This document shows positions 19,730-29,464 of a stretch of 64,000 nt of DNA, piece after piece. Every line of letters begins with the position of its first letter. The stretch's first letter is position 1. The position numbers and the translations under genes are program-made. The notes under the pieces were generated by a model. The model was not told the origin of the DNA. It did no database searches and saw nothing but the letters and a program-made list of their open reading frames with translations. Origin of the DNA: a virus; IMG/VR virus record IMGVR_UViG_3300045988_101307, positions 24,894 through 88,893 of that record. One strand, written 5' to 3'.

Positions 19730-19868
19730 ACGAAGAATATCGGACTTGCATTGTTTTTGTATGATTCCAATATGCTATATTAGCATCGTCAAAGAGTAGA
19801 TTGTACGTTTTTTTGTTCTTACTTGAAAGATTATGTAGGTTTAATTTTTTTTCTGAAATTGTTTTCTT

Positions 19869-19909
19869 ACCGGTTCTCAGTCAGAGATGATAGGGAACCG
19901 GTTTCTTTT
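19869..19909 (+). terminator. Terminator-like hairpin (accggttc/gaaccggt, 18-nt loop, TTCTTTT).
   Basis: 8-bp perfect stem 140 nt after the giant-gene stop. It overlaps the ORF-track start 19887 of the next gene. Confidence 0.45.
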
Positions 19910-19946
19910 ATGTTGTCAATTATTGCTATCTTGCAAACAAAAAATC

Positions 19947-20564
19947 ATGAGACGAAGATTTCAAATAGGGATGGGGGTAAATCCCTCGCTTATAATCAAT
20001 AAAGGCATATACATCCAACATGTAGATGGAGGATTATATACAAAAGAAAATTGGTCTAATAAAGGATATTCCAATGATCTATGCAATGGAATAGCTCTTG
20101 TAGATAAAGTGTGTTTTGTTATAGCCACCGAATATATTGGCACATTTAGTTGGGGTAAGGATGGAAGAGTAGACAATGTATTTGCACAAAATAGTTCTTA
20201 TATGGAGACCGTTAAAAAGGATTATTGGGGGCGTGAAAATCAGAATGCGTATCTTGAATATGATACCAGTAATGAAAATTACGCTTTTAATAAAGCTAAT
20301 AGCTATTTATTTAAAAATGGTCAAAATGGATATGTAGGTGGCGCCGGAGAGTTTTTTTTGATATCATTGTATGCGAATGAAATAAACGAATGCCTTTTAA
20401 TGGTAGGAGGTACGATAATGAGTAATAAAATGTGGACATCCACTCAATCTACACAATTTACCTATTCGTGGTATTATGATATAAACATCCAAGGAGATCA
20501 TTTGGATACAAGTACAAGGAGTAATCCACGTTATGTCCGCCCCTTTACCGAATTAATTTTATGA
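19947..20564 (+). CDS. Hypothetical protein with an MRRRF N-terminus, beta-rich. Candidate tail fibre or receptor-binding protein.
   Basis: ATG at 19947 lies downstream of the hairpin. Its N-terminus MRRRFQ parallels the next gene's MRRRFE. Confidence 0.5.
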   Translation: MRRRFQIGMGVNPSLIINKGIYIQHVDGGLYTKENWSNKGYSNDLCNGIALVDKVCFVIATEYIGTFSWGKDGRVDNVFAQNSSYMETVKKDYWGRENQNAYLEYDTSNENYAFNKANSYLFKNGQNGYVGGAGEFFLISLYANEINECLLMVGGTIMSNKMWTSTQSTQFTYSWYYDINIQGDHLDTSTRSNPRYVRPFTELIL

Positions 20565-20568
20565 AATT

Positions 20569-21305
20569 ATGAGAAGAAGATTTGAAAATAATGCTAAACT
20601 ATATGAGTATAAGATAGTTAGCGATTGTATAGGGGGGGGGTAATCGTAGAAGGAAAGAAAGTAGGCACCATTCCACAGGGCGGGCAATTTATCTTTCTGT
20701 CTAAAAAAGAACGGCTGGATTCCATAAGTGTCCAAGGCGGTGTTCCAATGGAAGATAGGCAAGAGATCGATAGTCAGGTTGATACGACAGAGGAATTGCT
20801 TGAACAGGATTCGGTGGTTCTTGCTATTGCTTTAAAAACCTCTCCTTATTATGGATTTATAGTAAGTGTGATAGCACCTGATGAGTTTACGCTAAGAACA
20901 ACCAATAGGATTAATAGAACCTTTTTAATAACAAGCTTTACTCCACCTGCTGCTATATACGGTGTAAACTTTGGTGATCCTATTGTCCTTAATTATGATA
21001 GTTACCAATATAAGATGCCAGATCTTGTAATTGATGGACCTCATGATAGAATAGTTAGGGCAGATCCTAATCTTACTTGGGTTGTAAGATGTACAGACGC
21101 CGACTTTACACCTTTGCCATATCCAGAATCATGGTCTGGCCAAGGTTTAAATTCTGTGTTCTTATCAGAAATGAAACGTCTTGCTCCTGGTGATCATCAT
21201 GTATCATATACAGCTTATATTAATTTGGACTTGATAGATGATGGCGGAAGTAAAGTTCATACTGAATATCTGATATTAAAAAAAACACTTAATTTTACGA
21301 TATGA
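20569..21305 (+). CDS. Hypothetical MRRRF-N-terminus protein whose frame is broken at a G9 homopolymer (20632-20640). The body 20625-21305 is in another frame. Candidate phase-variable tail fibre gene, or a homopolymer sequencing error.
   Basis: ATG 20569 gives MRRRFENNAKLYEYKIVSDCIGGG, then TAA. The long ORF (track 20625-21305) continues in a different frame from the G-tract. One extra or two fewer G would fuse the frames. Confidence 0.4.
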
Positions 21306-21350
21306 CAACAATCCCTAACCGTATGCCTATTGTATGGTTGGGGATTGTTG
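21306..21350. terminator. Bidirectional hairpin terminator at the convergence point of the plus and minus gene blocks.
   Basis: 15-bp inverted repeat caacaatccctaacc / ggttggggattgttg (one G-U wobble pair) with a 15-nt loop. It starts 1 nt after the stop at 21305 and lies 44 nt before the minus-strand stop at 21395. Confidence 0.6.
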
Positions 21351-21394
21351 TAGTTACCATCTTTTCTTGTATAAGCAGAACATGAAATAAGTTT

Positions 21395-21883
21395 CTAAGC
21401 ATTAACTTCATGACCTCCCCTATCTGTGAAAACTAAACCAATACCTTCTATGATATGTCCTACTACAGGAGCTTTGTCAAATTCCTCCTTCGTAGCCCAA
21501 GTAGCATTATCAGGCATCAGATCCTTGAATGCGTCCGAAACATCACCTTGACACCAGCAGTTATTTGATGTAACAATGCCTTTCCCTTCGATATTGATAT
21601 ACATTTTTCTTCCACCACATCCAAGGCTGTTCCATCCGCTCGGTACGTTTTCCACCATAGGCTTAAGCACCCAGCTTACACCGTCTATCCTAACCCATCC
21701 AGGATCGTCTTTGTGCTTGTCGTACAAGTTTTGCCAAAAAGAGCATTCGTAGCACCATCCCCTGTCTTCCATGACAGTTCTTATCTCACTCCTTTCAAAT
21801 CCATCTGCATCCATCGTGTGCGGAGAATGAGGCTGGTGAGGGGTGCCACATTTTGGACATACGAGTTTTAAATTATTTTTCAT
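21395..21883 (-). CDS. Hypothetical Cys/His-rich protein (162 aa). The CPKCG motif suggests Zn binding.
   Basis: ORF. Last gene of the minus block. Confidence 0.5.
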   Translation of the reverse strand: MKNNLKLVCPKCGTPHQPHSPHTMDADGFERSEIRTVMEDRGWCYECSFWQNLYDKHKDDPGWVRIDGVSWVLKPMVENVPSGWNSLGCGGRKMYINIEGKGIVTSNNCWCQGDVSDAFKDLMPDNATWATKEEFDKAPVVGHIIEGIGLVFTDRGGHEVNA

Positions 21884-21884
21884 A

Positions 21885-22113
21885 TTATTTCACTTTTACG
21901 ATTTTAATAGAATCTCCGATATTGTATTCTCCTTGGTATCCAACGAATTTTATGATTCTATTATGTTTAAATATTGAAATTCTTTCGTCTTCAGCATAAT
22001 ACATCACACGTCCACCCTGTAAAGGACGTAGATCATATATAACCCATCCGTCATTAACCTGATGATTATTTGAACATGATGATAATACTAATGTTATCAA
22101 TAAAATACTTCAT
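21885..22113 (-). CDS. Putative lipoprotein (lipobox LVLSSC) with an apparent +1 frameshift near the start. It reads MKYF in one frame and LITLVLSSCSNNHQ... in the next.
   Basis: ATG 22113 gives MKYFIDNISIIIMFK and then a stop. The frame shifted by 1 gives SILLITLVLSSC and continues through 71 aa. One fewer T in the TTTT run would yield MKYLLITLVLSSC. Confidence 0.35.
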
Positions 22114-22120
22114 ATTATTT

Positions 22121-23032
22121 TCAACATAAAAATTTGTAACCTGGTTTTACTGCCTCTGCTTCTTCTCTCGTATCAAACATTAAGATAGTGACAGCTCCTA
22201 TGCCTTCGCAAATGTAAGACACTTTCACCCACCACCTAAAAATACCAGAACCGTAATCATCATAGTACGGCTCGGAAAGAATCTCTTCTACATACCCATC
22301 TAAATAATTCACGATCTCTCCTCCTTGTTTTTTAGATTCTGCCTCTTCGAGTATGCTGATCACCTTATCAACAATATCTGAATCGGATATTTTCTCAATA
22401 AAAACATCCATTGCCTTAGTTATGTCATTGGCTTCTTTTTCTTCAAGAGCTATTTCTCCACCGGTAATAGCATCAGATAATGATGTAGATAAGTGTCTTA
22501 TCTTATCAATGCTCATAAACGTAAATGGATTACCACCCCAGCCACCACCCATTTCTTTCATGATCTGATATCCACCTGAAATAAGTCTGCCTGATGTCAT
22601 GGCCAAGGAGGATACGATTAGGGACAGTACCGCCGCTTCCGTCCGCTCCTCGGACACGCCCTTCGACCACACGGCTGCCCTTATAGCGCCGGCCAGGTCG
22701 TCTATGTATGGCATGAGGCAATCTTCCATCGCTTGTGTTATATCAGCTATAACCTCACTACGCTCTTTATTTATGTAGTAGATAGAAGCATTGTACCTCT
22801 TTATCTCTTTGTCCATGTCATTTAAAAGACGCTTGATATTGTGCTTATACATAGGACTGGTTTTAATTACTTCCTTTAGCTTAAGAATGTAATTATAAGC
22901 CTGGTCGTTTACGAACAACGTCATGGTCTCAACCGTTGAATGAAGCGTGTTGAGACTGTTAAGGATCTTATCGAAATTGTTTATCAAATAAGCTTTTCTG
23001 GCTTTTGCTGCATAGTTAATCATCGTATTCAA
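22121..23032 (-). CDS. Hypothetical protein (303 aa).
   Basis: ORF. Contains a GC-rich internal patch. Confidence 0.55.
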   Translation of the reverse strand: MNTMINYAAKARKAYLINNFDKILNSLNTLHSTVETMTLFVNDQAYNYILKLKEVIKTSPMYKHNIKRLLNDMDKEIKRYNASIYYINKERSEVIADITQAMEDCLMPYIDDLAGAIRAAVWSKGVSEERTEAAVLSLIVSSLAMTSGRLISGGYQIMKEMGGGWGGNPFTFMSIDKIRHLSTSLSDAITGGEIALEEKEANDITKAMDVFIEKISDSDIVDKVISILEEAESKKQGGEIVNYLDGYVEEILSEPYYDDYGSGIFRWWVKVSYICEGIGAVTILMFDTREEAEAVKPGYKFLC

Positions 23033-23537
23033 ATTTTAGATTTTCAAGTTCATGTATTTGTAACTTAAGAGACTTAATTAAATCCGTTCTCTGTTCCTCT
23101 GCATATTTCAAAGCTTCTTCTTTACTTTTAAAAGCTTGATACCCTATTGTATAAGGAGTGAACCGGCCAGGAGTGTCGGCTAATAAAGTACCATCATAAT
23201 CTTCTATTTTAGCTTTTACTTTTCTTATCTTACCATCTTGCAGATATGTGTCTGTAATCCACACAAATGTATCATACATTTCTTCATATAATTCATACCA
23301 TTCCGGCTTAGGAAATCTTAATGTGAATCTAATTTCGGTATCTTTCTCTAAGACATTAATATCATACGCCTCCGGCCACAGTTCTTTTATGTTGTCTTCA
23401 TCTTCAGCATACGCCACCAATACAAATGAATTACTGGATTCTGCACTACACCAATATGGATATTTTATAGGCCATTTGACTGGACAGTAGTCGTTACCGC
23501 AGTCGGATTTTTTAATATAAAATCTTGCTCTAATCAT
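23016..23537 (-). CDS. Hypothetical protein (173 aa).
   Basis: ORF overlapping its neighbours by a few nt. Confidence 0.5.
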   Translation of the reverse strand: MIRARFYIKKSDCGNDYCPVKWPIKYPYWCSAESSNSFVLVAYAEDEDNIKELWPEAYDINVLEKDTEIRFTLRFPKPEWYELYEEMYDTFVWITDTYLQDGKIRKVKAKIEDYDGTLLADTPGRFTPYTIGYQAFKSKEEALKYAEEQRTDLIKSLKLQIHELENLKFEYDD

Positions 23538-24772
23538 GATTCTTTTATTCTTTTAAGTATATGTTCAATCACTTTAATAGTCCACCCGTTTCCCAACATC
23601 TTGTACTGTTGGGTTTCGCTGCATTCCCATTTATACCAATCTGGTACAGTCTGTAACCTGGAGCACTCTGTAGGGGTTAATCTTCTTATTCTGAAATCGC
23701 CCTGTAATGCTCTCTGTATGATAAAACTGTTTCTATCATATGAATTACAAGATAATGTTGGATCCTTATCTCCATGAAATACTCTTGGTATTTGGAAAAT
23801 AAGATTATCTTTTTGAACTGTTGTGAGACGATTGGATTTTCCATCGTTTTTAAATTCAATCATCTGAACTGTTTTAAGACCAGATTCTCTACATGTAGGT
23901 TTTTCTGGATTCCTGCCTCTCATTGCTACACAAATAAGATCGTACATGTATTTACCCTTTACGGTAACAGTATTAGATTTTTCATCTTTTGTTTTAATAT
24001 TAGCTCCATAACAATTTCCCTTGTCGTGATTTCTTTTTAAGTGAAAAGCTAAATTGTTTAAAGTTTTTTCAGATAAGTAATATTTTTCATCTACTTCATA
24101 TTCCGCTATATCACTTATAGTCAAACCTTCGTCTTTAGGTTGAGGGATAATGCCGCCTTGAATATTAGTCCAATAAATACGTTTCCTGACTTGAGCGGAA
24201 ACAAGTGCTGAATTAATATGATTGCCTTTACACCCTATAGCATCATCAAATACCGGCTCCCATTTCTTTCCCATCTTAACGTTCTCAAGAAGAAACAACA
24301 CATCAGGATTAGTTTTTCTTACATCATTCAAAATACGAATAAACTCCCAGAATAAGTAAGACTGACCGGCAAACTCAAATCCTTGTTTTTTTAATTCAAG
24401 ATACTCATTAAGTGATTTGATTTCTATTCCTTCTACGGTAGACAACCCTTTTCTTTTTCCAGAAAAGGACATATCCGTACATGGGCTGCCGGCTAAAATA
24501 AGATCTATGTGTCCAAGATCTTCTACATTCAAATCCCTTACATCTCCTACTTGTATAGTATTAGGGAAATTTAATTGCGTTTGTTTAATAGCAAACTTAT
24601 CTATTTCTGATGCATAATATACTTCAGGTGTGATCCCTATTTCTTTTAACGCTATTTGACCACATGACATTCCGTCAAATAAACTTAACACTCTCATGGC
24701 ATTATACACATTTTTCAATTTTAATTGATTTTGATGATAGATACATATTCCATGTTCTTCTGCCTCTGTCAC
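23534..24772 (-). CDS. DNA (cytosine-5)-methyltransferase, an orphan Dcm-like MTase.
   Basis: Motif I LSLFDGMSCG (FxGxG). Motif IV GSPCTDMS (PC). ENV motif LLENVKMG. Confidence 0.85.
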   Translation of the reverse strand: MTEAEEHGICIYHQNQLKLKNVYNAMRVLSLFDGMSCGQIALKEIGITPEVYYASEIDKFAIKQTQLNFPNTIQVGDVRDLNVEDLGHIDLILAGSPCTDMSFSGKRKGLSTVEGIEIKSLNEYLELKKQGFEFAGQSYLFWEFIRILNDVRKTNPDVLFLLENVKMGKKWEPVFDDAIGCKGNHINSALVSAQVRKRIYWTNIQGGIIPQPKDEGLTISDIAEYEVDEKYYLSEKTLNNLAFHLKRNHDKGNCYGANIKTKDEKSNTVTVKGKYMYDLICVAMRGRNPEKPTCRESGLKTVQMIEFKNDGKSNRLTTVQKDNLIFQIPRVFHGDKDPTLSCNSYDRNSFIIQRALQGDFRIRRLTPTECSRLQTVPDWYKWECSETQQYKMLGNGWTIKVIEHILKRIKES

Positions 24773-25010
24773 CTTTTTCGTTTTGTTTTTGGATTGTCAA
24801 GTACAGATCTCCGTCTTCACATACTTCAACTTTTTTCAAGAAGCCTATCATTTCATCTCCTGTTTCGTGTAAAATACGGATCTTATCTCCTTCTTTTAAC
24901 CCATAATTGGAATCAAAATATTCTTTTTTGATTCTATCAATATTGTCTTTATGGTTTTTTATAGCATAAAGCTCTTCTCTTAATAAATAATTTAGTTGTT
25001 CTGTTGTCAT
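24702..25010 (-). CDS. Hypothetical protein (102 aa).
   Basis: ORF. The overlap with the MTase start suggests the MTase begins at the later MRVLSLFDG. Confidence 0.4.
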   Translation of the reverse strand: MTTEQLNYLLREELYAIKNHKDNIDRIKKEYFDSNYGLKEGDKIRILHETGDEMIGFLKKVEVCEDGDLYLTIQKQNEKGDRGRRTWNMYLSSKSIKIEKCV

Positions 25011-25094
25011 TTCTTTTCCTCCTTATAATTTATGATGTGAATGGTTTTGTTATTCATCAAAGTGCTTATTGACGACAAGCACCTAATTATGTTA

Positions 25095-25724
25095 TTATTT
25101 AAATCTCCATATATATCCATAAGCTATGGACTTATCGCCTCTACATACCTTTGATACAAAACTTGGATCATATCCGTCATTTGCAACAGATGACACCGAT
25201 TCGTAGTTCTTTAAAACATTCCCCTCTTTATCTAATTTTAAAACTTCTTTTTTTAAGTGATCGTATAATCCATTTTCATGATTCAATATTGATGCTTTCG
25301 ACATCTTTTCTTTTACATTTCTTCTGCTAAAAACGTCTTTCATCGAATTTGCAAGTTTCTCTTTAACATCCTCTCTATTCATTGCTAATTTTAAAGATTT
25401 AGAGGCGTTTATTCTTGTTTGTGGAAAATTACAATTCTCTTTTGGAGTGCACCATCTTAAATTGTCGCTTCGATTGTCATTTCTTATGCAATTTATATGA
25501 TCAACATGATTTTTCCATTCTTCTTTTTCACAAAATGCCAATGCTACAAGCCTATGTACATAGAGTTGTTTTAACACCCCCTCTCTTCTTAAAGACACAG
25601 TATTATATCCATTTTCTTTTTCTTGCTGTTTTAATATTTTCATGCTTTTCAGACTTCTAATATTACCCATATTGCTTACTTGGTATCCGTCATATCCGTC
25701 AATATCAGCCCATTTTTCTTCCAT
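25095..25724 (-). CDS. HNH homing endonuclease (NUMOD4 N-terminus plus HNH_3 core).
   Basis: WADIDGYDGYQVSNMGNIRS (NUMOD4-like). VHRLVALAF ... VDHINCIRNDNRSDNLRWCTPKEN (HNH_3). Confidence 0.75.
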   Translation of the reverse strand: MEEKWADIDGYDGYQVSNMGNIRSLKSMKILKQQEKENGYNTVSLRREGVLKQLYVHRLVALAFCEKEEWKNHVDHINCIRNDNRSDNLRWCTPKENCNFPQTRINASKSLKLAMNREDVKEKLANSMKDVFSRRNVKEKMSKASILNHENGLYDHLKKEVLKLDKEGNVLKNYESVSSVANDGYDPSFVSKVCRGDKSIAYGYIWRFK

Positions 25725-25738
25725 TGTTATTTCGCTTT

Positions 25739-26281
25739 TTATATTAATCCTTTCCCGTGTTTATCATACCACAACATAGTTATCACATTCCATGCAGCCG
25801 CAGCTAAATGGTGTACATTCGTCTCTTTATCCACTCTTTCCCCTTTCATGTATTCCATTAGGTGTCGAAACATTGCAGCTCGATACCGTTCAAATCCGTT
25901 GTCAAGATTCTGCCAATTATTAGGCCCATATTTCTTGGCTCCGGCATGATAGACTTTCACAATGTCTTCAATCTCTTCCATCGGAAGCAAATCCCATCGT
26001 AGTTTGTCGTCAATGATGTCATTTTTCACTGATTTTATTGAAGTACTTTTTTCTGGATCTCCTACACGAATAAGTTCCATAATGTCTGTTTCTATAATAA
26101 TTGCGTCTCCATTGTAATAAACTTCAGCAAACTTGTCATTTTCTTTTATGTTTGTTGCTGAAGTCACTAAAGATCCTTTGTATATTATAGTGTTTTTATC
26201 TATCTTATCATCTTTCAGTGTTTGAAAAATAGATCCTTTTGGATAAAGGATGTTTTTAGTATTATTGTCCATTTTTTCCAT
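25739..26281 (-). CDS. Protein with a C-terminal MazG-like / dATP-dGTP pyrophosphohydrolase-type domain (phage DUF550-like).
   Basis: EEIEDIVKVYHAGAKKYGPNNW ... HHLAAAAWNV resembles the phage dNTP pyrophosphohydrolase domain. Confidence 0.4.
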   Translation of the reverse strand: MEKMDNNTKNILYPKGSIFQTLKDDKIDKNTIIYKGSLVTSATNIKENDKFAEVYYNGDAIIIETDIMELIRVGDPEKSTSIKSVKNDIIDDKLRWDLLPMEEIEDIVKVYHAGAKKYGPNNWQNLDNGFERYRAAMFRHLMEYMKGERVDKETNVHHLAAAAWNVITMLWYDKHGKGLI

Positions 26282-26325
26282 CGTTTTATCGTTGTTTTAA
26301 TCAATTAGTATAATGATATAGTCCA

Positions 26326-26697
26326 TTATTTTTCTTCTTCGCCTATAAAGCGATCAAATTCTTCTCCGCTCATAACAATGCGGTTAATGATAATTATGCC
26401 GTTATTGCTATCATCATCATCTTTAACTCCCATATCATCAAGCTCCTTCTTTAATTCTTCAAATGTGGGACCTGTCTTGCTTTTAAAAAATAAAGTAGCA
26501 TGTACAACCTTTCCGTTGTTTAGTTTTACTCTCACGGTATAGACATATCCTTTTTCCTCTTCATCCTTTTTGTTGACACCATCAAGGATGCTATTTATCA
26601 TATCCTTGTCCTCACGTGATAGGTTGGATATAGCTATTCTGCCCTTTAATCTAAATACTTCGTTTTCGTTCATGACTTTCTGTTTTATTGTTTTCAA
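26326..26697 (-). CDS. Hypothetical protein (123 aa).
   Basis: ORF. Confidence 0.45.
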   Translation of the reverse strand: MKTIKQKVMNENEVFRLKGRIAISNLSREDKDMINSILDGVNKKDEEEKGYVYTVRVKLNNGKVVHATLFFKSKTGPTFEELKKELDDMGVKDDDDSNNGIIIINRIVMSGEEFDRFIGEEEK

Positions 26698-26956
26698 AAT
26701 ATTGTCTTACGGCTTCTATGGCTTTATCGTCATCAAAAGCTTCTTCAAACTCCGTGTAGAACCTATCTCGCTCCATGCAGAATGTGTTTTTCCCTTCCGG
26801 TATAGGACGGAACACAACCACCCTCTCTTTGTCGTGATTGGTTCCTATTATGTTATTATCTAAGATAATAGAATACCTTCTTGAACTCTTGTTGATAACA
26901 ACATCATGTTGAAGACCATACAATTTAAGTATTTCCCTTAATTCATTTGTTTTCAT
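26651..26956 (-). CDS. Hypothetical protein (101 aa).
   Basis: ORF. Confidence 0.4.
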   Translation of the reverse strand: MKTNELREILKLYGLQHDVVINKSSRRYSIILDNNIIGTNHDKERVVVFRPIPEGKNTFCMERDRFYTEFEEAFDDDKAIEAVRQYFENNKTESHERKRSI

Positions 26957-27313
26957 TTATATTACTCCTTCCAAATTTACTTTAATAGAACCATTTATGG
27001 TTTTAATGCTCCCATCTATGGTTGAAATCACATCATCTATATCATTTATAATACTTTCCATGTCATCAACCACCTCCTCCATATCAGTTACAGCCTGATC
27101 TGATTCCCAATATCTTTCTGAGTCTTGTAACGATTCTGGTATATTATCTCTCGCCTCAGTCTCTTCATCTAAAATCATATCAACATCATCTTTGGCTGAA
27201 TTTATGTTGTACTTCAACTCCGATAACTTTGATTTGATGTATTCAAAATCTGTTTTATACTTATTTACGTTGTTAATAACATCCGATATTTTTTTTCTTC
27301 TCTTGTTGTTCAT
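26957..27313 (-). CDS. Acidic hypothetical protein (118 aa).
   Basis: ORF. Confidence 0.45.
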   Translation of the reverse strand: MNNKRRKKISDVINNVNKYKTDFEYIKSKLSELKYNINSAKDDVDMILDEETEARDNIPESLQDSERYWESDQAVTDMEEVVDDMESIINDIDDVISTIDGSIKTINGSIKVNLEGVI

Positions 27314-28731
27314 GCCTTTATCCTATTATAATATTCGATAATCTTTTCTTTCCTGTCTCCTGGTTTTACTGCCATATTCTCAGCCAAAAACCTAAAATAC
27401 GACACCGGTATGTTCTTGAATCTAATTCCTTCATATTTTCCAAACCACATTATTATACTGTCAAGATCGTCTTCTCTCCTACCATCTCCATTCACAGATT
27501 TAAGCGAGGCTGCCCGGCGAAGGATCTCGTCTTTGGTAATAATATCACCCATCCTTATATTGGACAGAAGTTGATCGCCGGCAAACATACACCAGCCCTT
27601 AGAAGGGAATTGCTCGATTGTCAGGTCTTCTATCCGACCGAAACGCCTCATGTTGTCGCAGCAGTCAATAATCAGCGCCTCTTTCTTATCAGGATGAATA
27701 CGAACGCACCTGCCGAGCACCTGGTAATATGTTGAATATGAGAATGTTGGACGCCCAAACATCACACAATCAAGTTCAGGAAAATCAAATCCGGTAGCAA
27801 GCGTTGAATAATTAAAAACCACCTTCAACTTACCTTCTTTGAAATCGGATATGATTTGCTCTCTTTTCTTTTTGGTTGTTAGCGATGTTACGACACCGGT
27901 TATGGCTCCCATCTTGGCATTCATGAACTCTGATATTCTATTACATGATTCGATAGAATCCATACAGACCAAAATGGCTTTACGTTCGTTCATAAGTTGA
28001 AGAAGGCGCTTGTAGATAGAGTTGTTTAAGCCATTTCTTACAATACTTTCTTTAATAGATTCGTTGGTGTATTCAGCCCCGGTACTGTTTAACATCAGAG
28101 CCGATTCATCAAACGACCATCGTTCGTACTTAAGTGGACACCAAAACCCTTGAGAGGTTAGTTCTTGTATTTGAGTTACATGAACTATTTTCTTGAAGAA
28201 GTTATGCTCGTCTTTCGTCAGCATATTAAGTTTGCTGTAGTTCCCTTCCAGCATGGAACTGTAGGTTCGGAGGCGGCAGGGAGTGGCGGTGAAGCCCAGC
28301 ACCTTCGCCTCTGGGAACCCGTTCATAAACTCCATAAATTCAGAACCTTCTTCAGGAGAATATCCTGAATGACATTCGTCTATCAATAAGGTATCTATCC
28401 CTATATCTTTCAACCTTGCTACGTCTTTCTTTATGCTTTTAAGTGTAGCATAAGTCATAGCCGACAGCTCCTTTATACCACATGAAGCAGAATATATAGT
28501 AGGTTTAGAACCGAATGATACGGCCTTTGCATAATTCTGCTCCAGAATCTCTTTTGAGGGCTGTAATACTAATGTCGGTCTATTTATTTCATGTGCTATC
28601 TTGGATATCAGAAGGCTCTTTCCACATCCGCATGGGGCTACGATTATGCCAGGCTTCTTAGATCTTCCTGTAAGAAACTTAAGCCCGGCATCTACTGCTT
28701 CTTTTTGGTAAGGTCTAAGTTCAAAGCCCAT
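27310..28731 (-). CDS. Superfamily 2 DNA helicase (DEAH, UvsW/type III Res-like).
   Basis: Q-motif LRPYQ. Motif I APCGCGKS. Motif II DECH. Motif III FTATP. Motif V TGFDFP. Motif VI QVLGRCVR. Confidence 0.85.
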   Translation of the reverse strand: MGFELRPYQKEAVDAGLKFLTGRSKKPGIIVAPCGCGKSLLISKIAHEINRPTLVLQPSKEILEQNYAKAVSFGSKPTIYSASCGIKELSAMTYATLKSIKKDVARLKDIGIDTLLIDECHSGYSPEEGSEFMEFMNGFPEAKVLGFTATPCRLRTYSSMLEGNYSKLNMLTKDEHNFFKKIVHVTQIQELTSQGFWCPLKYERWSFDESALMLNSTGAEYTNESIKESIVRNGLNNSIYKRLLQLMNERKAILVCMDSIESCNRISEFMNAKMGAITGVVTSLTTKKKREQIISDFKEGKLKVVFNYSTLATGFDFPELDCVMFGRPTFSYSTYYQVLGRCVRIHPDKKEALIIDCCDNMRRFGRIEDLTIEQFPSKGWCMFAGDQLLSNIRMGDIITKDEILRRAASLKSVNGDGRREDDLDSIIMWFGKYEGIRFKNIPVSYFRFLAENMAVKPGDRKEKIIEYYNRIKA

Positions 28732-29107
28732 CGCAATCTATTATATTATTTTTTGAAAGTTCTATTATCGCCTCTTTCAACATCTCCCTTGCTTTATTCT
28801 CATTATCTTCAAACAGGCATACACTGCATGTAGCACCTTTGGAGGGGTAGTCTCTGTAGGCTTCTGCTCTTTCTACAACGTACTCACAACAATAGTCGTG
28901 ACTCATGTCTTTTGCTATACTTATAAAATGATCTTCTCCATCCATCAACACGCAATATTCAGCATCGTTTTCGCATGCAATAACACCTTTGTTTTTTAAA
29001 ATGGATAGCACTTTATTTCCAAAAAGTCCAATATAGACCCATATATCTTTCCCTGCATTTTTGTAAAAAATATCCATTCCTTCTTTGATTGTGACTTTCT
29101 TTTCCAT
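28721..29107 (-). CDS. Hypothetical protein (128 aa).
   Basis: ORF. Confidence 0.5.
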   Translation of the reverse strand: MEKKVTIKEGMDIFYKNAGKDIWVYIGLFGNKVLSILKNKGVIACENDAEYCVLMDGEDHFISIAKDMSHDYCCEYVVERAEAYRDYPSKGATCSVCLFEDNENKAREMLKEAIIELSKNNIIDCDGL

Positions 29108-29113
29108 AATCCC

Positions 29114-29464
29114 TTATTTTATATCAGTAATTAAAACATATATTTTAGCAATATCTTCAAGACTCACAGAAGAACGTATATATAGTTTTTCTTCGTACTC
29201 ATATAGAGCGTACCCTTCTTTTATGTCTAATATCTTAATCACATGCTTGCCTCTTTCAAATGGATCCTCAAAGTAGCTCTTATGTTCGTATCTTTGACCT
29301 ACTTTGATTTTGTCAGTTTTCTTCTTCATCTTATAACGCTCTACTGCTCTACCTGTTTTTATGAAAGCTGTCGTGAGTAAGTATAATAAAACTAAATACA
29401 AAAGGATCGCTACTCCACATATTAGATCTTCTTTCATTACACTCCTTTTAAATAGTTGAACCAT
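29114..29464 (-). CDS. Small membrane protein with one N-terminal transmembrane helix. The true start may be the later MKEDLI.
   Basis: Hydrophobic LICGVAILLYLVLLYLLTTAF segment. Confidence 0.45.
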   Translation of the reverse strand: MVQLFKRSVMKEDLICGVAILLYLVLLYLLTTAFIKTGRAVERYKMKKKTDKIKVGQRYEHKSYFEDPFERGKHVIKILDIKEGYALYEYEEKLYIRSSVSLEDIAKIYVLITDIK

